Origin: Lama glama
Taxonomy: Eukaryota
Reading direction: 5' to 3'
Assembly (NCBI GenBank): GCA_028534125.1
Contig: CM052818.1
Span: forward strand, 30,630,001-30,694,000
Length of the DNA stretch: 64,000 nucleotides
Positions 54,076 to 64,000 of the stretch are shown here, piece after piece (position 1 is the first letter of the stretch; the number at the start of each line of letters is the position of its first letter). Below the pieces are notes generated by a model. It made no database searches. It was not told the DNA's origin and was given only the letters and a program-made list of their open reading frames with translations. Both the position numbers and the translations under genes were made by a program.

Positions 54076-54202
54076 GAGAGAATTGCCAAAAGCCATGGCT
54101 CCCAGTGCGGGTTCTGCACCCCCGGCATCGTCATGAGCATGTACACACTACTTCGGAATCAGCCCGAGCCCACCGTTGAGGAGATCGAGGATGCCTTCCA
54201 AG
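54076..54202 (+). CDS. XDH: XDH exon 5 ([42 protein letters not shown])
   Basis: 127 nt; QCGFCTPG motif of the second [2Fe-2S] cluster; ttttag and GTACGG boundaries. Confidence 0.98.
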
Positions 54203-54384
54203 GTACGGCCCCTGAGGCCCGGCCCAGGAGGTGGGGTGGCAAGTGGGGCTCTGAGGAGGGCAGGCAGGGCCAGAATGGAAGCTAGGAGTGGACTAGGGGT
54301 TTGAGGCACTGCCCTCTGAAGGAAAGGCTTGGGCCATCCCAGCACAGTGGCTAAGATTTATTGGAAGGCTGGCCCTTTCCTATT

Positions 54385-54885
54385 AAAAAATTTTTTTTAA
54401 ACTTTATTTATTTATGTATTTATATTGCATAATCATATTTTAAAAATTAAAGTGTAATTGATGTACAATATTATCTGTTACAGGTATGCAATATAGCAAT
54501 TCACAATTTTTAAGGGTTATGCTCCATTTCTAGTTATTATAAAACATTGACTATATTCCTCATGCTTGGAATACAATACATCCTTGTAGCTTATTTTATA
54601 CCTGATAGCTTGTACCTCTTAATCCTCCATCTCTGTCTTGCCCCTGCTCCTTCCCTCTCCCCCCTGGTAACCACTAGTTCCTTCTCAACATCTCTGAGTG
54701 TTTCTTTTCTGTTATATTCACTAATTTGTTGTATTTTTTTAGATTCCACATGTAAGTGATATCTTACAGTATTTGTCTTTCTCTCTCTGACTTGTTTCAC
54801 TTAGCATAATGCCCTCCAAGTCCATCCATGCTGTACACCAGAAACTAACACAACATTTTAAATCAACTGCACTTCAATTAAAAAC
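54385..54885. mobile_element. Composite L1 3' ends in XDH intron 5 (- strand ~54385-54832 joined to + strand ~54829-54885)
   Basis: Antisense L1 3' UTR (…tagattccacatgtaagtgatatc…cacttagcataatgccctccaagtccatccatg) followed by a sense L1 terminus (ctgtacaccagaaactaacacaacattttaaatcaactgcacttcaattaaaaa). Confidence 0.75.
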
Positions 54886-55094
54886 CAAGCAAACAGACAA
54901 CCCATTTAAGTGACACGGCTTCTGCCCCCTGCAGCTTTCCCCAGAACAGGATTCTGCAGGGCGAAGGCCATGTATGAAGAAGGTGGCTGGGATTCTGAGC
55001 CTCAGGCAGGAACTGGCTACCCAATTTGCCTTCTGTGAGTGGGCTCAGGTGTCTGGACCTGGTGTCTGTTTCTCTGAATTGAATGGAGAAGGCT

Positions 55095-55445
55095 CGCCAT
55101 CCATTCATCGTTTCAATCCATCATTTATGCAATCAGTTATATTCAGTCCTATCGTATGTCAGTCACTCTACAAGATACAAGGGACACAGGGATGAAAGAC
55201 TCAGTCCCTACTCTCAAGGAATTTGTACTGTGAAGGGGAAGAGAGTTTACAATGTAGTTTGATAAATCTATGACTAGGGACCATGGGAGCATTTAGGAGG
55301 GGTACTTGATTCAGTCTAGGCATTCTAGGGAGGCTTCCTGGAAGGAGTGGTAGATGTTTTGAAGTCAGAGATGCAAGCAGGAGGAAGGGCCATTCTGAGC
55401 AGAGAAAACAGAATATGTAAAGAGAGCATCTGTCTGAGCTGGGAG
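55095..55445 (-). mobile_element. L2 3' fragment
   Basis: ccattcatcgtttcaatccatcattt...agggaggcttcctggaaggagtgg. Confidence 0.6.
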
Positions 55446-55512
55446 CAAAGCCACAGACCCATTACCTGCCCTGGGGCTGCACTGACATTACAGCTTTTTC
55501 CTTGGACCATAG

Positions 55513-55574
55513 GAAACCTGTGCCGCTGTACAGGCTACAGACCCATCCTCCAGGGCTTCCGGACCTTCGCCAAG
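55513..55574 (+). CDS. XDH: XDH exon 6 ([21 protein letters not shown])
   Basis: 62 nt; NLCRCTGY motif; catag and GTATGT boundaries. Confidence 0.98.
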
Positions 55575-56464
55575 GTATGTGGGGGCCCCAGGACAGCAGT
55601 GGCCCTGCTCCTGAGGCAGCAACACTCAGGGATCACAGTTGGGAGGGATGCCAAGGGCCTCTAGGTTACAGAGAAGAAAGATAAGATGGCCAGTGATCAG
55701 GTCCTCCTGCTGCAGGTGCCTGGCGTGAGCGTTGGACTCTGCCATTCTTATTCTGGGATGTCGGGGGACGTTCTCATCAATAGCATGGAGACTTTCCTTC
55801 CAGGGAAGTCCTGGACAGCTGGTTCCTGGAAGAAATACACTGCCCAAGAGTTAACTTCCTCCAGGGCATCTGGGCTTGGCAGCCTTCCTGAGCGAGACAG
55901 GCACACTCAGCCCATGGCACAGGTGCTGAACCTGGCATTTAACAGCAAACCAGCCTGACTCAGCACTCACCTCCCTCTTCTTTTCCTGTCTTGGTTGGTT
56001 TCTGCAGTTGGCACTCCCCTGGGTTTATGAAACTGGTAATTAGATCTCCAGACAGTTTGTGAATCCCAGCACTGTTCATAGAACTCTAAGTGAGAAACCA
56101 CAGCTGGGGTGCATGGGCATTGATTACATAACACAGACACACACCTGCCATCTGGGAAGGAGGGCAGAGGGCTGGCTTCATCTGCCCAGATTTTACCTGG
56201 TTCCCCAGGTGGGTCAAGTTGATCCTGACTCCAACCAAACTGTCACATCTCAATTTGATTCTGGGTTGACGGGAGAGTCACAGCCTCCCGTGCCTTTTAC
56301 TGACCTTTAGAGTTGGGTACAGTGCGAAAGGGGTATTGTGCCCAAATAGTCCAGAAGGGTGGAGGTGGAGATGGGGCTTCAAAGGATGGAAAACACCACA
56401 CCCTGGTAAATGCTGTTGGTGAGAAGGGACCAGAAAGTATGGATTTAAATGAAAGTGACTGAAA

Positions 56465-56650
56465 GTTTAGATTTAATGACTGCAAACCTGGGTTCAAGTC
56501 CCGTCCCATCACTTCATTGATGGATGACCTTGAGCAAATTTCCTTGTTTCTAAAATGGAGGTTATAATAATACCTACCTTACAGTGTTTGTGGGAAGTAT
56601 TTCTTGTAAAGCCCTTAGAACAACACCTGGCACAGCTGAAATAAATGGCA
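56465..56650 (+). mobile_element. MIR SINE
   Basis: acctgggttcaagtcccgtccc..tgaccttgagcaa..taaaatggag..ataatacctacctt..cccttagaacaacacctggcacag. Confidence 0.7.
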
Positions 56651-58731
56651 GCATAAATTATGATGCTGGTATATTTCTTTAGTTATGCAATATTTGCTTA
56701 GGCTTCCCTGAGAGCCAGGAATTGTTCACCTTGTCCATGTATTTATTTCATAGGCAGCTTCTCAGAGATACAGTCTAACCAGCCCTGCTACAGTCTCAAA
56801 AGAGAAGGGCTTTTGAGTGTAGCTGACAGTTATGCTCCTTCCGAGCGTCAGAGTTTAGCTCAATCAAATGGTCCCTGAGTCCAGTGTGTGGCAGCACCTC
56901 CCGCACTGTGGCTGCCTGGCATGCAGAGCAGAGCTGGGTGCTCTCAGCGGCCAAAGTGACTGGCACCCAATGTGCACGCAGAAGCTCATGCATGTTACTC
57001 ACTGGAGGCCCTCAAGGCCTTTATTCAGAGCCTTTTAACTCTTATTTTATGCACAGTTCTAACAAACTCAATTATCTAGTTTTCATGGCCATAGCACACA
57101 CCAGAGAAGGGTGAGGAGGGTCTGCTAGGGGGAGGCGGCCTGTTCACAGCAAGAAAGGACAACAGCCATCGAGCAGCAAGGAAGGAAACGCACAAGCCCT
57201 GTAGTTTTTGCCATCGGAGAAAAGTGGAAATCTCTCGAGGGAAAAACCCAGCCTTCTCCAACCTCTGTCAGCCTTGAGGGCGGTGACACATTATTGCACA
57301 TCCCAATAACTTATGTCATGAACCTATCAGTGAATTATCAAGAAAAAAGATTCATGTAAGAATGTGCTGGTACTTTAATTATCTGGAAAATATGCATCCT
57401 TCCGCATAAGGACTGGGCGAGTGAGGCTGTCGTCTTACTGTATGCAGGGCCTGGTAATCCCTTCATGTTACTCCCTCTCCAGAAAGAGGGATGGGAAGAG
57501 GCACTATAGGAGCCTCTCTCTCTTCCTTTCTGTCCAGATACAGAGGCCGAGGTCAAGGTGGTGGTGGGGAGGTCCTGAATAGATAGAGCAGCTCTGAGAC
57601 CCAAAGGTCATGCAGTGAATGCAGGAGGGTTCTGCCCGCAGGGCAGCATGTTCAGGGGCTGCAGCAAGTCTGACAGAGCTTTCAAGTTCTCAAAGGCCAC
57701 ACCTTCGGCCTCCTTGGCCCTCTGAGAACTTCCTTGGGAAAATTGGTGGGCTGTGACTCACTCTTTGGGAACTGTCAGCATGCATGGTGTGTCCCGTGAT
57801 TCCTGTCTGAAAGGGCCATCCCCAGCCTCCTCCCCCAGGATCTGGCTGCCCCGGCAATGTGTCTGGGTCTGTGCCTGAGAGTTTTCCCCACTTTAGCCTC
57901 TTGGCACAACCCTACGATTCTGTAGTTCTTCTGAGGCCCTGAGCTGAGACTCCTGCCTCCTTGGGGCAGATCAGGCAGATGGACACACCCTTTCCCCATC
58001 TTCAGTGCATTGGTTCTAGGAGGTAGCAATCGGGGCTCTATTCCGTGCTCTGTCACTGGCACCCCAAGAGGTCCTGAGCGAGTCCTTTCCCCGTAGGCAA
58101 TGGGTCATCAGACCTGTACCCTTCCTCCAGATCAGGCCCACAGTGAGGAATGGAGGGTGAGCTTTCTGGCAAGAAGTGCTGAAAAAGTACCATCAGGCAC
58201 AGGGGCTGGCCTCATCTCTGGGCCCAGATCTGGTCTTGGACCCCTTTAGCAGGAGTCCCACAAAGACCCCAGCCTGGGAGGCGCCCAGGCATTCCCCATG
58301 GACCTTGACTGGTCTACAAATGGAGGCTCTTGAGTGCCGAGAAAACTGAAGGGGATTTCTCTTGTGGGGGCTTCCTCAGAAAGCGGTACTGAAGAGGGAA
58401 AGGGCTCACAAAGAGGTGCTTTGGCAAAATAAGATCTAGCTTTTACAGACAAAGTTTCTTAAAATTGAATTTCCCTGCAGCTTCCAGGAGAGGCCTGTTT
58501 GTTTATTCTCACATTATCTCATCTATATTAATTAAGTGAGAGAAAGGAGTTAAAGCAGAGGCCTTACCTTAAGCAGAGGTGAGTGGGAGGGGGCAGAGGT
58601 AGCTGCTGTTCCCCTTGGTGCGGGGACAGGTGTCACACCCTGATTTCATCTGATAGTAATAATCTCGGTTCTCTGGCTTCTGTGAGAACTCTTTGCAGAT
58701 ATCTCTGTGTGAGTGTTGGTCATCTCTCTAG

Positions 58732-58797
58732 GATGGTGGATGCTGTGGAGGAAATGAGAACAACCCAAACTGCTGCATGAACCAGAAGGACAACAAG
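58732..58797 (+). CDS. XDH: XDH exon 7 (DGGCCGGNENNPNCCMNQKDNK), linker
   Basis: 66 nt; ctctag and GTAGGT boundaries; GGCCGG..NPNCCMNQ linker typical of XDH. Confidence 0.95.
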
Positions 58798-59114
58798 GTA
58801 GGTGGGTCCTTCTCTGCCCAGAAACCTGGGGGGCCACCTCAGATTAAAGCAGCGGGTGGGCCCCCTCCACACTCTGGGCAGTGGGGGCCAGGAGAGGAAC
58901 TGGTTAGGCCAGACCACGAGGGCAGTGAGTGTGCACGTTAGCCCTGGGTCCTCTGGCAAGACCTCCTTGTCCTTGCTTCCCAGGAGCTACCTGCCCTTCC
59001 ATCAGCCTGCTGGGGGCTGTGGCCGAGCTCACCTGGACAAAGGGCTGGGCTGGTCCTATGGGGCATTTTAAAGGAAGGGACAGCATACCACTCATATGTT
59101 CCCTTCTCCAGCAG

Positions 59115-59201
59115 GTCACTCTCTCGCCGTCTTTATTCAACCCCGAGGAGTTCATGCCCCTGGACCCCACCCAGGAGCCCATCTTCCCCCCAGAGTTGCT
59201 G
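59115..59201 (+). CDS. XDH: XDH exon 8 ([29 protein letters not shown]); alternative start at 59112 via a CAGCAG tandem acceptor
   Basis: 87 nt; [12 protein letters not shown] motif; GTAGGT donor. Confidence 0.96.
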
Positions 59202-60191
59202 GTAGGTGATGCCCCTGGAGCCCCTTGGAGACCTGCTTTATTTCATTTCTGCTGGGACCTTTGGATCCTCCTTGTCCTGTAGATTTCAGCCTGAGTTTCC
59301 CTTCCTTTCTCAGACCCTGTGCCATACTCTCCCACAGGGACCCGCCCTCCTCTCCTCACACGTGGCACTCTGAGGACAGGCAGTGGGTCTCTCTGGTACA
59401 CCGTGTCCAGCAACAGGAGCTCCAGGAGGATTTGCTGACCTCCTGGCTAAATCTAATGTATAACCCTCAAGCAACCCACTCTCCTCTCTGTAAGCAGTCC
59501 ATTTTTTAAGCAAATAAACAAACAAACAAGCAAAGAGAGCTGTGTTCAAAGGACACTGACAAAAAATAAGCCACTCAGAGCTTTTCAAGTGTAGATTTCT
59601 CAGGGGCTGGTGTGCACACACAGACTGCTTTCAGTGGGCCAGAGAGAGTGGCTTTGCAGCAGGCTGCTGGAATATCTTTGTCTGGATTGTGGAACCTTGG
59701 AAAAACCATCACTTTGGCTCGGGGAGGTGGGGGTTGTCTCCTAGTCCTGCGCCACCATTCGTGCACTAGACCCAGCCCTCCACTGTATTCCTTTCTGACG
59801 CCCCTTCTTTCCTGCCTTGCATCTCCTCTCGCACGTCCTGGAAACAGTGTGGGACAGGTCAAGTCACCTTGTGGCAGGTGACCTGTGGCAGGTCCCATAA
59901 CCTTGAGTCTCAGGCTCATCCTTCACCTGTAAAAGATGTGGCTAACGGTGCCCCCTTCACTGAGGCCTTCTAAAGACTAAGTGAAATGACATCTATAAAA
60001 CAGCTGCAGCGTACTTCCTGCCACCGTGCATAGTGTTTCCCAGTGCTTCTGCCCTGACGTGCATTTTCATCCTGAATTCAGTATTAAACGAGTCAGTGGC
60101 AGAGTTGATCCCGTGGCGAACTCAGAGCAGCAGCCCTGGGAATGGCAGCGGGAAGGCGGAGGCAGCATAGTAAGAAAACGACCTTTTCCAG

Positions 60192-60333
60192 AGGCTGAAA
60201 GACATTCCGCAGAAGCAGCTGCGCTTTGAAGGGGAGCGTGTGACCTGGATCCAGGCCTCGACCCTGAAGGAGCTGCTGGACCTCAAAGCGCGGCACCCCG
60301 AGGCCAAGCTGGTGGTGGGGAACACGGAGATCG
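60192..60333 (+). CDS. XDH: XDH exon 9 ([47 protein letters not shown]), FAD domain
   Basis: 142 nt; ttttccag and GTAAGG boundaries; [11 protein letters not shown]-binding motif. Confidence 0.98.
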
Positions 60334-62489
60334 GTAAGGGCCCGTCTGCCCGGTTCTGCCCTGGCAGCTGAGTCCTCAGAAAACGGACTTCTCCTCCTCT
60401 GTCTCTTCTTCCCCATTTCATATGTGGAGGTAGCAAAACCCCCTCAAATGGTTGTTCTGAGTGTTAGCCGAGATCCTTGCTGGCTGTTCTCCATAAACCT
60501 TTCAGAGAGCCAGCCATGGGCCAGGTCCTCTGGGAGAGCTGGTGTCCCCAGGTCACCTGGACAAGACTCCTTCCCTGAGTGTCTCCCAGCCTGAGGGAGG
60601 AGGAGGCCATGTAGGTCAACGGTCTGGGCTGGTGCCCGACAGACACTGGGGTTCCATAAATGTCACTCCCTTGCCCGTCCCCCTTTTTCTGGGGGTGGTT
60701 GGTAAGGCAGGGGAGAGGAGACATCCAGCTGTGGCTGTGCTCATGTTGCCTGTGACCATGGCCACCTGCCCTGTGGTGCCACCAGCTGTGACATGAGGCC
60801 CACGATATGTGATGAGTCCAGGAGACTCAAGATGATGGCTCTCGACCCTGGTGCTTGAAGACACAGGAGCAGAGGTTCCCAGGTCCCTGCTAATCTCCAT
60901 CCGTTTCTAAACCCAGCTTGGCCAGTTTCCACTTGGCTGGGCCCCAAATCCACTGAGGATCCAAGGGAAGAATCATAGCACAGCCAAGGTCTGCCACAGA
61001 GGACCCCTGGTCTGGGGGGACTTGACATGCTTTTAAGCGGCCAAGTCTAGCTTGTGGGGGGTCTCCAGGCTCTGGCTCTGGAAGGAGCCCCTGAGCTCTG
61101 GGTTCTGGTTGGATCTGCAGCCACAGACAGGAGGGCCTGACTCAGGTCCGTGCTAGCAGAGTGCAGAGCTGGGCCCCTTGGTGAGCTCAGGTGCAGTACA
61201 GAGTCCCCTTCTGCAGTAATGTGATACACTGGGATGGCAGGGTGGCCTGTGAGATGTGCCTCAGGAGATGTGATCATGCTGATCAGCGTGGCCATGGCCC
61301 GAGGGTCCAAGGTAGCATGAGTCAAGGTGGAGAATGACCAGCTGGAAGAATCTTTGCGGTCCTTTGACGTATGACATGTTCCTTGCCTTGAGTCACACAA
61401 TGTCTGGACCCAGTTAGATTCCAAGGGAAAGGAATTCACAAAGATATTATAAACTCCAAGGTAGAAATATTTTCTTGAGACCACTCCACAGCTGCTCCCG
61501 CTCCCCACTTCTGCACATCCCCACGGGGTACTCACCTACAGCCCTGATGTCAGGGAAAGGTGGCGTAGAGAGAGCCTTATCAGGATGGGCCATTCACTGC
61601 CTCCATCTGTAGTCTTTATCCTATGAGCTAATATTCAAACAGGCCAGACTCCTCAGAGCCAGGCCACCCTTCAGAGACCCTCAACGGCACGGCAGGAGAG
61701 AAGGTGGAGACGAGGCAGACGTTTCTTTCCTAACTCTTCCATCTCTAGCCCTGTGGCGGGGCTGGGAGCGGCGCTGTGCTCATGGGTCTGAGGAACAGAG
61801 CACGTCTGTTCACAGGGGTTTCTAACTTCTTTTGCTGGAAGGACAGAAACTGGACACAGGCATGTGGTCCCCCCAAGCCATGCACCTTAAGAACTCAGAC
61901 AGCTATCAGGGGCGGGGAGGCAGATATGAAGTTATCTCTTTCAATCAATTTTCCATTTTTGTCCGAATGTTAGACTTTCATATTATTATTTTTACATCCC
62001 AACTCTAATAATTGCTCCAGTGCTGAAATGTGCCCACTCTTAGCTGTGTAATGTGGGCAAAAAACAACCTCCCTGTGCCTCAGTTTCTTCATCTATAAAC
62101 AGAGGAAATGACAGTATTTCACAGGGTTATTGTTAAAGTTAAATGAATTAAAATATATGAAGTGCTTAGAAGGGTTCCTGACTTATTTTAATGCCCTGTG
62201 TTTTCTGATATTGTTATTAAACACACATACACTCATGCACACACAGAAACACGCGAATTCAGGTTTGTCCTGTTTGAATGCTGGTGGGATTTTTTTAAGA
62301 GGGAAAGACATCTCTTTCAGGCTGAGAGTGTGGAAACTGCATTTAATCCCACATCTCATCCCCTGCACCCCCAATCCCCAGACATCCTCAGAGTACGTTA
62401 CAATTGTGAATATGCCCTCCATCCTGTGTGCAGTGGTGGCAAACAAATGAACTGGGACCTATAACTTGAGGCTTCTCATTTCTCTCGAG

Positions 62490-62582
62490 GCATTGACATG
62501 AAGTTTAAGAATCAGCTGTTTCCTGTGATCATCTGCCCAGCCTGGATCCCTGAGCTGAATTCAGTGGAGCATGGACCGGAGG
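62490..62582 (+). CDS. XDH: XDH exon 10 ([31 protein letters not shown])
   Basis: 93 nt; frame-consistent with exons 9 and 11; unusual GAG acceptor; GTAAGG donor. Confidence 0.96.
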
Positions 62583-63185
62583 GTAAGGGGAGGTTCTCCT
62601 GAGCCCACAGAGGGGCTGGGGTGCAGGAGGTGGGTCCCATGGTGGGTGGTGGGTGCTGGGAAAGCCTCCCCTCTAGCTCTCACTGCTTCCTGCCTTTTCT
62701 GGAGCCACCCTGCACGGGGGAATCAGGCACCTGTCCCCGCCTTCCTCCCCTGAGCATCTGTGATGGGGTGCGAGTGGGCAAGGGGCTTGAGATTTTCCAT
62801 AGTTGTTCTCAATCCTAGCTACACATTAGAATCGCTCATGGCAATTGGGAGTAGGTGGGAGGAGTTCTTGGGTGCTTTTTTAAAAAAATGCCAGGACTTC
62901 ACCCTCAGAGATCTGCTTTATTGAGTTGAGAACCACTGATTTAGAGAAAAGAGCATTCTGGTTGTAGGATCAACAGGCCTGGGGTTGAGTTCTGGCCTTT
63001 TTATTAGTTGTATGGCATTGGGCAGGTCACTTGGCCTCTCTGGGCCTTAATTTCTTCATCCACATAAGGATGTGAGTCCTGGTTCAGCCTTCCTCGGGTT
63101 GCTGTGAAGCTTCGTAGGGGCTGTGTGTGGAAGGGCTTTCCCAGCTGTGGTGGGGATAGCTGTTACCCTGAGCATATGTTCCCAG

Positions 63186-63337
63186 GTATCTCTTTTGGAG
63201 CCGCTTGCTGCTTGAGCTGCGTGGAAAAGACCCTGCTTGATGCAGTTGCTAAGCTTCCTGCCCACAAAGCAGAGGTGTTCAGAGGTGTCCTGGAGCAGCT
63301 GCGCTGGTTTGCTGGGAAGCAAGTCAAGTCAGTGGCT
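63186..63337 (+). CDS. XDH: XDH exon 11 ([51 protein letters not shown])
   Basis: 152 nt; cccag and GTGAGT boundaries; [13 protein letters not shown] motif. Confidence 0.98.
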
Positions 63338-63424
63338 GTGAGTCCCTCTTCGGGGGCCCAGGATAGGCATTTTCATCTCCAGGCAGGGGTTGCTGGTCTG
63401 ACTTCTGCTGCAGAACCCATGGGC

Positions 63425-63600
63425 CTCCAACTTTAGTGCTTAGGATTGCCTGGGGTGCTTGTTAAAAATGCAGATTCCTGGATCCCATCCTCAGAGGTTC
63501 TGCCAGCAGGTCTGGGATGGAGCCCAGGGAGCAGGTGTTTACCAAACCCCACAGGTGCTTCTGATGAGGTGGCCTGCGGGCCATTCTGGGAAGCTCTCCA
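63425..63600. mobile_element. MER5A-like hAT element
   Basis: cctggggtgcttgttaaaaatgcagattcctggatcccatcctcagaggttctg...caggtgcttctgatg. Confidence 0.75.
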
Positions 63601-64000
63601 GCTGTGACTCAGTCTTTACTCCTGAGGCCTGTCCCCTCTTCCTGAAGTTGACTGAGGCTGCCAGCAGGTGGATGAGAGCTAAGTTAGGGAGAAGCCAAAA
63701 CAGGGCAGGGGACTGCCTTTCAGAGTCCGGGGGAGAACCAGAGATAGACCCCTTGAGAGAAGGGAGGGGCACAACTGTTGACTGTTCTCAATCAACTTTC
63801 AGACCAGCCTCCAAATTCCCAGTTTGCAAATGGGCTCACACACCTGGTGCTGAGTCTCACAACCACTGATAGTGTCAGAAGGAAAGCTGGCTCTTCCATT
63901 CCAATTTGTTGTTGTTTTAAATCAGAACGAAATAACAAAGCAAAACAGGCCACTCATCCCCTCACCCCACCCCACGCACCTGCCTCTTCCGAGTATGGGT

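Noticed and set aside
60093..60436. Antisense ORFs of 104-107 aa overlapping XDH exon 9
   Set aside because: Shadow ORFs of GC-rich coding sequence
41021..63337. Possibility that the gene is an aldehyde oxidase (AOX) paralogue or a pseudogene
   Set aside because: Residues are XDH-specific ([31 protein letters not shown]); all 11 exons are in frame with intact splice sites and all eight Fe/S cysteines
1..64000. CRISPR arrays, prokaryotic operons or defence systems, tRNA/rRNA genes
   Set aside because: The sequence is mammalian intron-exon and repeat DNA; I saw no repeat-spacer arrays or structured RNA genes. The tRNA-Ser match is only an 18-nt PBS

Overview
Mammalian genomic DNA, probably a camelid. 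That assignment is an inference: the XDH protein is artiodactyl-like, the L1 3' ends look camelid, and I saw no ruminant BovB/Bov-tA, pig PRE1 or CHR SINEs. The only protein-coding gene I can support is the 5' part of xanthine dehydrogenase/oxidase (XDH) on the + strand. Exons 1-11 (41021-63337) splice into an open 1035-nt, 345-codon frame covering both [2Fe-2S] domains, the linker and the start of the FAD domain. The gene continues past the window end. Introns 2 and 3 are both minor-spliceosome (U12-type) introns. The upstream 40 kb is intergenic and rich in repeats: L1, L2, MIR, MaLR/ERVL LTRs and DNA transposons. It also holds a ~6.4-kb two-LTR class I endogenous retrovirus (tRNA-Ser PBS) nested in a MER20 and ending ~1.5 kb upstream of the XDH ATG, in the same orientation as the gene. 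The most novel candidate is a possible ERV-derived alternative first exon (strong-Kozak ATG, 26 codons, phase-0 donor) in frame with XDH exon 2; it is a hypothesis only. Nearly all ORFs in the supplied track are spurious or repeat-derived. Repeat family names and orthologue comparisons come from memory, not from a database search, and repeat boundaries are approximate unless a TSD is given.
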